64,000 bases of DNA from an uncultured Clostridia bacterium (GTDB lineage Bacteria > Bacillota > Clostridia > Oscillospirales > CAG-382), in assembly GCA_944375955.1 (NCBI GenBank), contig CALWBE010000052.1, positions 138 through 64,137 of the forward strand. Direction: 5' to 3'. Each line of letters starts with the position of its first letter. The stretch's first letter is position 1. The position numbers and the translations under genes were made by a program. Below are positions 20,176 to 29,668 of the stretch, piece after piece. The notes beneath the pieces were generated by a model. That model did no database searches. It was not told where the DNA came from and saw nothing but the letters and a program-made list of their open reading frames with translations.

Positions 20176-20717
20176 AAGGTAAAAATATGGCTGTATATAA
20201 TATTGACACAAATGAGCTTGAGTATTTTTCAGAAAAGCTAAGGGCGGGAGATGAAGTATTTCTTTCCGGAACAGTGTATACTGCAAGGGATGCTGCACAT
20301 AAAAGAATAGCACAGTTGCTTGAAGGTGGAAAAAAACTGCCGTTTGACTTAAAAGGCGCCTGCATATATTATGCCGGACCAACTCCTGCGCGGCCCGGAA
20401 TGGCAATAGGATCATGTGGCCCTACCACGTCTTCAAGGATGGATATTTATTCTCCGCGGCTTCTTGACGAAGGTTTATGTGGAATGATAGGGAAGGGAAA
20501 AAGGTCAGACGATGTCATAGAGGCTATATGCAGAAATAAAGCGGTGTATTTTTGCTCGATAGGAGGAGCCGGGGCACTTGCAGCTGCTTGTATAACTTCG
20601 TGTGAAGTTATTGCTTTTCCGGAACTTGGGTGCGAGTCTGTAAAAAAACTAAATTTTTCAAATTTTCCGGTGTATACGGCTATCGACTGCAAGGGCGGTT
20701 GTATTTTCAGCAATTAA
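20172..20717 (+). CDS. Fe-S hydro-lyase (class I fumarate hydratase) beta subunit
   Basis: YTARDAAHKR, YYAGP, GPTTSSRMD and MIGKG. Confidence 0.92.
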   Translation: MKGKNMAVYNIDTNELEYFSEKLRAGDEVFLSGTVYTARDAAHKRIAQLLEGGKKLPFDLKGACIYYAGPTPARPGMAIGSCGPTTSSRMDIYSPRLLDEGLCGMIGKGKRSDDVIEAICRNKAVYFCSIGGAGALAAACITSCEVIAFPELGCESVKKLNFSNFPVYTAIDCKGGCIFSN

Positions 20718-20933
20718 TTTTAAGTTTTGCGGTCGAGGCAGCTTTTTTCTAATGAAATTTTTTTCGCAATATTGTGTTAATTTTACATATAAAAATTAAC
20801 ATAAACATTATAATGGAACTTTTAGCAAACTTTATATGTCTAAATAGAAAAAGGTTTCGGCAATCTTTGTCAGAAACGATGAATAAGCATTAGGTTGCTG
20901 TTAAAGTGATATAACTACGGAGGTATAATTATT

Positions 20934-21929
20934 TTGAAGAAGGGTAAAAAAGTTACACTTATAGTTATTCTATCTGTATTAGGTATTGTTTTTGCGTCGC
21001 TTGCCATTTTGATATGCATGAATTTTGAGTTGGCTAAGGGTGTTTTCAATCTATTGAAAAGTTCTCCGGGAAACAATTTCAAGGCGGCATGGATTTTTCT
21101 TACAAACAATTCAAGTGATATAGAAACTCAAATAATTGACAATGAGAAGAAATATGATCAGGCGATAGAAGAAATACTGTCAAATTTAAATGAATATGGC
21201 ACGAGCATTTCCAAAGAAGCGATAGAGGCTCTTAACAGCGGCAACTATACTGAAGAGGAAATGATACGTATTATTGCCTCCGGCGGAGATGAACTTGATG
21301 CGATAAACAAAGAAAAACAAGCGGCTTCCGAAAGCAAAGATGATAATAACGATAAAAATAAACCTGTTTCGAATGACAATGATACTGATATAGGAAGTGA
21401 AACAATTCCGGATACCAGTGGAAAAGATAATATTGAAAGTTCAAAAGATAAAGAAACGGATAAAAATACAGAAATTGTGGATTCAAGTGATGAAAAAAAT
21501 CAGCAGACGGGTAATACTGTTACGACGCCCGATACTTCAGATACACTGCAGCCTGCCGCACAGGATGATACAGCTGCGAGTATAGCAAAACTTTATGTAG
21601 TTAGAAGTAGGTTTCTTTCAGAACTTGCCTCTATAGAGACGGCTATAACAGATGCATATGAATCGTTGCCCGAGGAACTTAGAACACCGTCATCAAGAAA
21701 AAGCATTGCAGGAGAGTATATAAGCCGTGTTTCGGATCTTGAACTGGAGTGCGACGCAGAAGTGGAAACAATTACCGAAGAACTCAGATTAAAACTCGAA
21801 GAAAGCGGCAAGGATACTTCTGTAGTAGATACTATAAAACAGGCGTATGAAGAAGAAAAAAGTCTAAAGAAAGCGTATTATTTAGATATATATATGAACG
21901 GTCTTCCTAGAAAATCAAAAGCTTCATAA
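20934..21929 (+). CDS. Hypothetical membrane-anchored protein with an acidic low-complexity linker and helical C-terminal domain
   Basis: GGAGG RBS before a TTG start; N-terminal TM helix; D/S/T/N-rich middle region. Confidence 0.75.
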   Translation: MKKGKKVTLIVILSVLGIVFASLAILICMNFELAKGVFNLLKSSPGNNFKAAWIFLTNNSSDIETQIIDNEKKYDQAIEEILSNLNEYGTSISKEAIEALNSGNYTEEEMIRIIASGGDELDAINKEKQAASESKDDNNDKNKPVSNDNDTDIGSETIPDTSGKDNIESSKDKETDKNTEIVDSSDEKNQQTGNTVTTPDTSDTLQPAAQDDTAASIAKLYVVRSRFLSELASIETAITDAYESLPEELRTPSSRKSIAGEYISRVSDLELECDAEVETITEELRLKLEESGKDTSVVDTIKQAYEEEKSLKKAYYLDIYMNGLPRKSKAS

Positions 21930-21930
21930 T

Positions 21931-21973
21931 TAAAAAATCCGGTTCGACATTATAATGAGAGCCGGATTTTTTA
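21931..21973. terminator. Bidirectional terminator
   Basis: TAAAAAATCCGG ... CCGGATTTTTTA between convergent genes. Confidence 0.8.
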
Positions 21974-22030
21974 TGCAAAACATATTAAATGTTAAAATCA
22001 GATTTTATTATTCAGCAAATTATTTTATTT

Positions 22031-22819
22031 TCAGTCTGATTTTTTATCTGCATCTTTTTTAAGTTCTGAAACGGCATCAGAAAGAGTTCCGGTTTTGTCT
22101 ATAAGTCCAATTCTGACGGCTTCGGTTCCGTCTATTACAGTTCCTATATCTGCGACAAGCTCGTCAGTTTCAAGCATTAGGTTTTTTAAAGTTTCTTCTT
22201 GCACATGAGAGTTTCTGGTTATAAAGTCTGTAATTCGCTTTTGCATTTTGGAAAAATATGTGAATGCCTGAGGCACTCCTATCACAAGTCCGTTCATTCT
22301 TACCGGGTGTATTGTCATTGTAGCAGATGGAACTATAAAAGATTTCTTTGCGGATACCGCAAGAGGAACGCCGATAGAATGACTTCCTCCTAATACAAGA
22401 GATACCGTCGGCTTGCTCATGCCTGATATCATTTCAGCAATTGCAAGTCCTGCTTCAACATCTCCTCCCATTGTGTTAAGCAAAATAAGCAATCCATCTA
22501 TTTCGTCATTTTCTTCTACTTCTACAAGCTGCGGCAGAATGTGTTCGTATTTTGTACTTTTAGTTTGTGATGACAAAGCATAGTGACCTTCTATCTGACC
22601 GGCGATTATAAGCGTTTGTATTGTGATTTCACTGCTTTTTGTGCGTATAGTGCCGGTTTCTTTTATATTTTCTATTTGAATTTTTTGTTTTTCTTCATCT
22701 GACAGATCAATATTCTCACGTTTATCCGCATCAGGCGGATTTTTTTCAGGCGGCTGAAGCTCAGCTTTTTTATTTCCTGCGTGTTTGTTTTTTATTTTGT
22801 CCATAATATATTTCTCCAT
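22031..22819 (-). CDS. ClpP-family protein, TepA-like
   Basis: GQIEGH, TKYEHILPQL, LNTMGGDVEAGLAIAE, GGSHSIGVP and TIHPVR. The true start may be 22804. Confidence 0.88.
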   Translation of the reverse strand: MEKYIMDKIKNKHAGNKKAELQPPEKNPPDADKRENIDLSDEEKQKIQIENIKETGTIRTKSSEITIQTLIIAGQIEGHYALSSQTKSTKYEHILPQLVEVEENDEIDGLLILLNTMGGDVEAGLAIAEMISGMSKPTVSLVLGGSHSIGVPLAVSAKKSFIVPSATMTIHPVRMNGLVIGVPQAFTYFSKMQKRITDFITRNSHVQEETLKNLMLETDELVADIGTVIDGTEAVRIGLIDKTGTLSDAVSELKKDADKKSD

Positions 22820-22909
22820 AAAAATATCCCGACGTTATTTACCGCTTATATTTTTTCCTTGCAAGCGATAAAATATACTACGTCGGGATTTTTTGGGAAA
22901 TAATGTTAT

Positions 22910-24331
22910 TTAATTTTTAAAGAAAGCAGAAAAAGCAAGATAAGCAGAATAAAGGTCGGCTTTAGATATCACTTCATATGGGGCGTGCATTGAAAGCACG
23001 GGAACTCCTACATCCACGGTATCTATATTGCGCTTAGCAATATACATAGCGACTGTTCCTCCTCCGCCTTGATCTACTTTACCTAATTCTCCGGTTTGCC
23101 ATATTACTCCGGCATCATCAAAGATTTTTCTTATCTCCGATACGTATTCGGCAGAGGCGTCATTAGTAGACGATTTGCCTCCGGCACCGGTAAATTTCGT
23201 AAGACATACTCCGCAATTAAGATAAGCGGAATTTTTTGCTTCATATACCTCGGCATAGTTGGGATCAAAACAAGCATTGACGTCTGCAGACAGGCATTTT
23301 GAATTTGAGACAGCTTTTTTATAGTTTGCCTTTGCATTTTCACATATTTCTTTTATCATATCGTCGAATGCCATTGTCTTCATACCGGTAGTTCCTTCGC
23401 TTCCTATTTCTTCCTTATCGGCAAGAATAGTCACCAAAGTATGTTTTGGAATATTCTTTGACGCTTCTACGGCGGCTGTTAAAATAGGATAAGCACAAAC
23501 TCTGTCGTCGTGACCGTATGCGCAGATCATGCTGCGGTCAAACCCGAGATCTCTTGCTTTTTCTGCAGGCACGAGACAAAGTTCGGAAGAGAGAAAATCA
23601 GATTCAACTATTCCGTATGACTTATTAAGCATATTCATTATATTAAGCTTGATACTGTCTTTTGTTTTTTCTCCGGGATAAGGTTTTGACCCTATGAGGA
23701 TATTAAGATTTTCTCCGCTTATCGCCTTTTTAAGCGTCTTTGACATCTGATCTGCACCTAAGTGAGGAAGTAAATCTGTAATACAAAAAACGGGATCATC
23801 ATCTTTTTCACCGATGCAGATATCAAGTGAGCTGCCGTCTTTGAGCATTACTTTGCCGTGAAGAGCGAGGGGAATTGTAGTCCACTGATATTTTTTTATT
23901 CCTCCGTAATAATGCGTTTTGAAAAATGCCATACCTGAATCTTCATAAAGCGGACATTGTTTAAGATCTATACGAGGGCTGTCAACGTGAGCTGCGGCAA
24001 TATTTATGCCGTTTTCAAGATTTTCACTGCCGATCACAGCAAGATATATCGCTTTGCCTCTGTTGTTGTAGTAGATTTTATCTCCGGCATTATACTTTTT
24101 TCCGTACTGAAATTCCTTAAATCCGTTATTTGAGGCATATTCTATAGCATATTTTACAGCTTCGCGTTCGGTTTTAGCACTGTTTATAAAGTTTTTATAA
24201 CCGGAAGCATATTCATCAATGTCTTTTTCTGATTTTTTATCGATGTCTTCCAATGCGTTTTTACGCTCGTAAAACAGCTTTTCCTTTAAAAGTTCTGCCT
24301 CTGTTTTCTCTTTTTTTGCCATTTTTTTCAC
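22910..24331 (-). CDS. M18-family aminopeptidase
   Basis: AHVDSPRIDLK, HYYGGIKKYQW, GHDDRVC, DKEEIGS and SMHAP. Confidence 0.93.
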   Translation of the reverse strand: MKKMAKKEKTEAELLKEKLFYERKNALEDIDKKSEKDIDEYASGYKNFINSAKTEREAVKYAIEYASNNGFKEFQYGKKYNAGDKIYYNNRGKAIYLAVIGSENLENGINIAAAHVDSPRIDLKQCPLYEDSGMAFFKTHYYGGIKKYQWTTIPLALHGKVMLKDGSSLDICIGEKDDDPVFCITDLLPHLGADQMSKTLKKAISGENLNILIGSKPYPGEKTKDSIKLNIMNMLNKSYGIVESDFLSSELCLVPAEKARDLGFDRSMICAYGHDDRVCAYPILTAAVEASKNIPKHTLVTILADKEEIGSEGTTGMKTMAFDDMIKEICENAKANYKKAVSNSKCLSADVNACFDPNYAEVYEAKNSAYLNCGVCLTKFTGAGGKSSTNDASAEYVSEIRKIFDDAGVIWQTGELGKVDQGGGGTVAMYIAKRNIDTVDVGVPVLSMHAPYEVISKADLYSAYLAFSAFFKN

Positions 24332-24371
24332 GTTCCTTTCAATTAAATTATTAATTGCGTATTTGTTAAAG

Positions 24372-24968
24372 TCAATTCACTATTTTTTCTGCAACGCTTT
24401 CTTTTATGGTTTCGGTTTCCAGAAAATAGAGCCGCTCATAAGTTTGCGCTGCCTTTTTTACTTTTTGCACATATTCGGCAGTTTCCTTGTACGGAATATC
24501 CTTAAGACGCCCGTTATTATTATATTCTTCTGTAGAAAGCCAGCTATTAACACGACCTCTTCCGGCATTATAAGCGGCATATACTGTGTCCCATGCCTGA
24601 TACTCATTGTGAAGTAGGCTTAAAAAATATGTGCCATAACGAATATTCGTATCAGGGTTATACAGCAGACTGGAATTTGCCTCATCGCCTGTTTTTGAAC
24701 ACAGCCAGCTAAATGTATCGGAAGTTATCTGCATAAGCCCTATAGCTCCTTTTGACGATACGGCGTCTGGCTTGAAGGAACTTTCTGTTTTTATAACTGC
24801 ATATATTATTGGCTGAGGAACACCGTATTCATCAGAGTATTTTTCAACATATTCACTATAATTCAGCGGATACAGTTTTTTTAATATAATATCACCTATA
24901 TAGCCAAATAATGTAGCCAAAATACATGCAAGCAATAAAATTGATATAATTATTAAAGTTTTTTTCAT
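24372..24968 (-). CDS. Lytic transglycosylase (SLT domain)
   Basis: AVIKTESSF, GAIGLMQI, AAYNAG and ET..YV. Confidence 0.93.
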   Translation of the reverse strand: MKKTLIIISILLLACILATLFGYIGDIILKKLYPLNYSEYVEKYSDEYGVPQPIIYAVIKTESSFKPDAVSSKGAIGLMQITSDTFSWLCSKTGDEANSSLLYNPDTNIRYGTYFLSLLHNEYQAWDTVYAAYNAGRGRVNSWLSTEEYNNNGRLKDIPYKETAEYVQKVKKAAQTYERLYFLETETIKESVAEKIVN

Positions 24969-24977
24969 TCAGTCTCC

Positions 24978-25583
24978 TCAGTTGTTTTTGATAATGCCAA
25001 TTTTTACAAGAAAATCATGTGCTTTCTGATAAAGCTCATTTTCTTTGCCGTTATTATAGATGATATGATCACATCTTGAAATAAAGAACTCATCTGATTT
25101 TTGAGCATCCATTCTTTTTTTTGCGTATTCAGCCGTTATACTGTCGCGTGCCAATATTCTGGAAAGACGATAACTTTTTTCGCTGAGAATAGCTACTGTG
25201 ACGTCACAAATTGTGTCCTCGCCGCTTTCAAAAAGCTGCGGCGCATCAATAGCAGCAGCCAAACAACCTTTTTTTCTGCAGACGGTAAGCCATTCCTGAA
25301 CTTCAGCTGTTATATATTTATGAGTAATACAATTCAGTTTAGACAGCAATTTTTCATCGGAAAAGACAATGCTGCCAAGTTTTTTTCGGTTTAAGTTTCC
25401 GTCTTCCAAAAGAATGTTTTTTCCAAAAAAATCAGTTAATTCTTTAAGACAAGGCATACCTTTTCGAACAACATTTCTTGCAGTAACATCGGTATCAAGA
25501 CATGGAATGTCAAAACTGGAAAGCGCTTTGCAAAAAGAGCCTTTTCCTGCGCCGGATTGACCGGTAACACCTATAACAATCAT
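24978..25583 (-). CDS. coaE: Dephospho-CoA kinase
   Basis: IGVTGQSGAGK P-loop, LNRKKLG..VF and ITH. Confidence 0.93.
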   Translation of the reverse strand: MIVIGVTGQSGAGKGSFCKALSSFDIPCLDTDVTARNVVRKGMPCLKELTDFFGKNILLEDGNLNRKKLGSIVFSDEKLLSKLNCITHKYITAEVQEWLTVCRKKGCLAAAIDAPQLFESGEDTICDVTVAILSEKSYRLSRILARDSITAEYAKKRMDAQKSDEFFISRCDHIIYNNGKENELYQKAHDFLVKIGIIKNN

Positions 25584-25589
25584 TGAAAA

Positions 25590-26657
25590 CTAACCTCTGA
25601 GATCGATTATATGATAGGCTGATGCCTTTAATAGTCTGTTAAAAATAGCGAGATTTAAACCGGTTTTATCATCGGTAATATGAACATAGACTTTTTCAAT
25701 TCCACATATTTCATCTGTTGCGCGCAGGCATGCAAATATATTGCGAGCCACTTCCTCTGGATTAGTGTATGAACCTATGTTAAAAATATTATTCAAATTG
25801 AGGTTTTGAATGTCTTCAGCAAAAGCAAGAACGGCAAATTTCTCGAAAAAATTTTTTTCAATCAGGAAATTTTTAAATTCTTCAAGGTTCCCTATAACAA
25901 GAAATACGGGAGATTTAGGCGCATAGTGCTTGTATTTCATTCCGGGTGCTGAAGCAACATCGTCGGGTTTCATTTCAGATAAAACGGCGTCAGAAATAGA
26001 AACTTTCCCCAATAGGGAACATAATTTTTCATATGTTATTCCTCCTGGTCTCAGCAGCATTGGAGGTTCGGAGACAAGGTTAATTATTGTAGATTCAAGA
26101 CCTACGGATGAATTTCCTGAACATATTATGACGTCGACTTTTCCGTTCAGGTCATTTATTACATGTTGTGCGCAGGTAGGGCTCGGTTTTCCCGAAAGAT
26201 TTGCCGACGGCGCAGCTACAGGAACTTTGCATAAAGACAGAAACATATGCGCGACAGGATCCAATGGAACACGCACCCCAACATTCGGCAGTCCGGCAGT
26301 TACAATTCCGGGAATATTATCGCGCTTTTTCATTATAGCTGTAATTGGGCCGGGAAATAGAGACTTTATTTTTTCAAGATACTGGTTTTGTTCAGCAAAG
26401 CAGTATTTTTCCGCGTTATCAATACAATCAAGATGAATTATAAGCGGATTATCCTGAGGCCGCCCTTTTGCCTCAAAAATGTTTTTAACTGCTGCCGCAT
26501 TGAGAGCGTTGGCACCGAGTCCGTATACTGTTTCAGTGGGGAAGCAGACCGTGCCGCCCTTGTTTATTATATCAGCTGCAAACTCAAGCTTTTTAACGTT
26601 ATCCGATGCTGAAAGATTATCTGTTATCTCAATCAACTGTGTTTTCTCAAGAATCAT
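25590..26657 (-). CDS. sua5: L-threonylcarbamoyladenylate synthase (Sua5 type)
   Basis: FPTETVYGLGA, KGRPQDNPLIIH, AAPSANLSGKPSPT and PGMKYKHYAP. Confidence 0.96.
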   Translation of the reverse strand: MILEKTQLIEITDNLSASDNVKKLEFAADIINKGGTVCFPTETVYGLGANALNAAAVKNIFEAKGRPQDNPLIIHLDCIDNAEKYCFAEQNQYLEKIKSLFPGPITAIMKKRDNIPGIVTAGLPNVGVRVPLDPVAHMFLSLCKVPVAAPSANLSGKPSPTCAQHVINDLNGKVDVIICSGNSSVGLESTIINLVSEPPMLLRPGGITYEKLCSLLGKVSISDAVLSEMKPDDVASAPGMKYKHYAPKSPVFLVIGNLEEFKNFLIEKNFFEKFAVLAFAEDIQNLNLNNIFNIGSYTNPEEVARNIFACLRATDEICGIEKVYVHITDDKTGLNLAIFNRLLKASAYHIIDLRG

Positions 26658-26680
26658 TTCAGAAAATATCTCTTTTCAAT

Positions 26681-27751
26681 TTAAAATTCGCTGTTATTAA
26701 GACGTTCGGTGCGCTCAGCAGTTATCAAAGCGTCGATAACTTCATCAAGCTTTCCGTTCATTACAGCGTCAAGTGAATATATAGTCAGGCCTATTCTATG
26801 ATCGGTCAGACGTCCTTGAGGGAAATTATACGTGCGGATACGTTCACTTCTGTCTCCGCTGCCGACTTGGCTTTTGCGCTTGCTTGCTATAGCTTTTTCC
26901 TGCTTTTCGCGTTCTGCGGTCAAAAGTTTGGTGCGAAGCATTTTCATAGCTTTTTCTCTGTTTTTAAACTGACTGCGTTCGTCCTGACATTCAACAACGA
27001 TTCCGGAAGGAATATGAGTAATGCGTATGGCGGAATCTGTTTTGTTGACATGCTGCCCTCCAGCACCGCCGCTTCTGTAAGTGTCAATTTCAAGATCGGC
27101 TGGATTTATTTCAACTTCTACTTCTTCTGCTTCAGGCAAAACTGCTACTGTTACGGCCGACGTATGTATACGTCCTTGAGTTTCAGTTTCCGGAACTCTC
27201 TGAACGCGGTGCACGCCGCTTTCAAATTTAAAATGGGAATATGCTCCTTCGCCTTCGACTGAAAAGCATATTTCCTTATAACCTCCAAGACCTGTTTCAT
27301 TGGAATTCATAAGCTCACATTTAAATCCGTGGTTTTCAGCATACATTGAATACATGCGGTAAAGACTGCCAGCGAAAAGAGCGGCTTCTTCACCTCCGGT
27401 GCCGGCGCGTATTTCAATGATTACGCTTTTATCGTCATCATCGTCTTTTGGAAGAAGAAGTATTTTTAGTTCATTTTCTATTTCAGACTGTTTTTCTTTT
27501 TTTTCTTTGATTTCCTCTTCACACATTTCTGCAAGTTCGGCTTCCGCACCGTCAGAAAGCAGCTTGCGTGCTGACTCAATATCTGACAGACATTTTAGAT
27601 ATTCACGGTATTTTTCTATAATAGGTGCAAGCAGCTTATGTTCTTTCATGAGTTTTTTGAAAAGCTCAGTGTCAGAAACGGTTTCGGGTAAAGACAGCTT
27701 TTCATTTATTGCTTCAAATTTTTTTTCTGCTTCTTTGAGGTTCTCGAACAT
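26681..27751 (-). CDS. prfA: Peptide chain release factor 1
   Basis: PET recognition loop (RVPETE), GGQ motif and RTYNFPQGR. Confidence 0.98.
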   Translation of the reverse strand: MFENLKEAEKKFEAINEKLSLPETVSDTELFKKLMKEHKLLAPIIEKYREYLKCLSDIESARKLLSDGAEAELAEMCEEEIKEKKEKQSEIENELKILLLPKDDDDDKSVIIEIRAGTGGEEAALFAGSLYRMYSMYAENHGFKCELMNSNETGLGGYKEICFSVEGEGAYSHFKFESGVHRVQRVPETETQGRIHTSAVTVAVLPEAEEVEVEINPADLEIDTYRSGGAGGQHVNKTDSAIRITHIPSGIVVECQDERSQFKNREKAMKMLRTKLLTAEREKQEKAIASKRKSQVGSGDRSERIRTYNFPQGRLTDHRIGLTIYSLDAVMNGKLDEVIDALITAERTERLNNSEF

Positions 27752-27976
27752 TTAGTTTTTCTCCGTAAAATTTGCGGCATTTTCTTTTGAAATAACCGAT
27801 TTGATATTTTTTTCAAGTTTTATTCTCGGAACTGTAATATCTCGTCCGCAGTTGTTACAAACGATGCGTATATCGCTGCCGATACGCATTACAGTAAATT
27901 TTTTAGCGTTTCGGCCGCAGGCGTGATCTTTTTTCATTACGAGAATGTCACCGACACCGAAGAGTTTTTGCAGCAT
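27752..27976 (-). CDS. DUF951 family protein
   Basis: GDILVMKKDHACG...R.GSDIRIVC..CG...PR..LEK; AAGGAG RBS. The start may be a few codons upstream. Confidence 0.85.
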   Translation of the reverse strand: MLQKLFGVGDILVMKKDHACGRNAKKFTVMRIGSDIRIVCNNCGRDITVPRIKLEKNIKSVISKENAANFTEKN

Positions 27977-28124
27977 AAATATTACATTATCTCCTTAATA
28001 TTTACATACTGTTTTATTTTATCACAAATTGCATTTTATGTAAATAGCATTTATTCGTTTTTAAAATTATTTTTTGAAAAAATTGTTGAAATCTTACAAA
28101 TAAATACAAATAATATTATTTATA

Positions 28125-28153
28125 TTGACAAAATTATATTGCTGTGCTAATAT
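28125..28153 (+). promoter_or_regulatory. Sigma-A promoter upstream of the decayed wzz/cpsD gene
   Basis: TTGACA-17 nt-TAATAT with a TG extension. Confidence 0.72.
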
Positions 28154-28243
28154 TATTATATATAAATTTTACCTTTTTTGGTTGCCTGTAATTAAATAGC
28201 ACGATGATTTTTAAGAATACTTATTTTTTAATGAGGAGCAATC

Positions 28244-28755
28244 ATGAATACTGAAACAAACTCTAAAGAAAACTATGATTTTGATATTTTGGAATTTATG
28301 GCAAAATTATGGAAATATAAACTTCTTATGTAGTTTGTGGTTTTTCCGAGCTTGACTCGGCGATAAAAAGAAACGTGAGAATGAATCTTGACTGTCTGAC
28401 TGCGGGAGAAATTCCGCCAAATCCGGCAGAACTTTTGCAGACAGAAGAGTTTAATAAAATGATTTCGGATTTAAAAGAAAAATACGATTATGTTATTGTT
28501 GATACTCCGCCTATGACGGTAGTTACCGACGCTGCGGTGATAATGAAAAAAGACGTGGGCGTTGTAGTTGTTGTACGCGAGAATATTACGACATATGATT
28601 TGCTTGATATTACAATGGAAAATATCAGAAAGACAGGAGCCAAAATGCTTGGGGTCATTATGCTTGACTGTAATAAAAAATCAAAAAAATACGGCTATTA
28701 CAGAAAAAATAATTATGATTATAAAAATATTAAATATGGCAACGGATCCGATTAA
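28244..28755 (+). pseudogene. Internally deleted polysaccharide chain-length regulator / BY-kinase (Wzz N-terminus joined out of frame to a CpsD C-terminus)
   Basis: 28244-28333 encodes MNTETNSKENYDFDILEFMAKLWKYKLLM* after a GAGGAG RBS. A different frame from about 28324 encodes ...TAGEIPPNPAELL...YDYVIVDTPP...YGYY with no Walker A motif. Confidence 0.8.
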
Positions 28756-28881
28756 TGCTATGATTAGGACAGCTGAGTTTAATTTTAATTACAAATATAG
28801 CGAATTTAGAAAAATGTAAGTTTATAAGTTAAACTGTAAAGTATGTTTATAAAGCATCTGTAAACAGAGGAAGTAATTCTT

Positions 28882-29619
28882 ATGAAATGTTTAGTACTTG
28901 CGGCGGGATATGCTACTCGTTTATATCCGCTTACGAAAAATTTCCCTAAGCCACTCCTTAAAGTCGGTGAAAAGAGCATTATTGACTGGCTTTTGGACGA
29001 TATTGAAGCCTGTGGAAGAATCAATGAATATATTGTTATTTCAAATCATAAGTTTGCAGAAGTATTTTATAAATGGTCAAAAACAAAAAGTTATAAAATA
29101 AAGGTGTTGGATGACGGAACAGAATCAAATGAATCGAGACTTGGAGCTGTTAAGGATATAAGTCTTGCTGTGGATTCTCTAGAAATTAATGACGATATGC
29201 TTGTTATAGCAGGGGATAATGTGCTTGATTTCAGCCTGTGCAGATTTATGGAATATGCTGAGAACAAGAAAACTTCTTGTGTTATGAGATACTATGAAGC
29301 ATCAGAAGAGAAGCTGAGAAAATGCGGAGTCCTTTCTGTAAACGAGGATGACCTTGTTGTTGAAATGGAAGAAAAACCTGCGGTTCCTATGTCTCATTGG
29401 TGCTGCCCCCCATTTTATTATTATGTTAAAGAAGATGTAAAACTTATAAAACGCGGACTTGAATCCGGCTGCGGGAGCGATGCGCCGGGAAGTTATATAG
29501 CATGGCTTTGCAGACAAAGACTTGTTCATGCAATGAAGATGCCGGGTAAAAGATATGACATAGGAGATCTTAAAAGCTATGAACGTGTCGGAATCGAATA
29601 TAAAGGAATCTTGCAATAG
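28882..29619 (+). CDS. Sugar-phosphate nucleotidyltransferase
   Basis: VLAAGYATRLYPLT..PKPLL, IAGDN and EEKP. Confidence 0.92.
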   Translation: MKCLVLAAGYATRLYPLTKNFPKPLLKVGEKSIIDWLLDDIEACGRINEYIVISNHKFAEVFYKWSKTKSYKIKVLDDGTESNESRLGAVKDISLAVDSLEINDDMLVIAGDNVLDFSLCRFMEYAENKKTSCVMRYYEASEEKLRKCGVLSVNEDDLVVEMEEKPAVPMSHWCCPPFYYYVKEDVKLIKRGLESGCGSDAPGSYIAWLCRQRLVHAMKMPGKRYDIGDLKSYERVGIEYKGILQ

Positions 29620-29668
29620 ATGTAAATGATGAGTTTGCCGTATTAAAATTAACAGGAGATTTTGCTTT

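Noticed and set aside
20820-20880. Possible c-di-GMP-I riboswitch (GCAAAC followed by a hairpin)
   Set aside because: The GNRA-capped stem and downstream GCAAAG elements are not present.
26681-27976. prfA without an adjacent prmC
   Set aside because: Gene order around prfA varies and prmC may lie elsewhere, so this is uninformative from this window alone.
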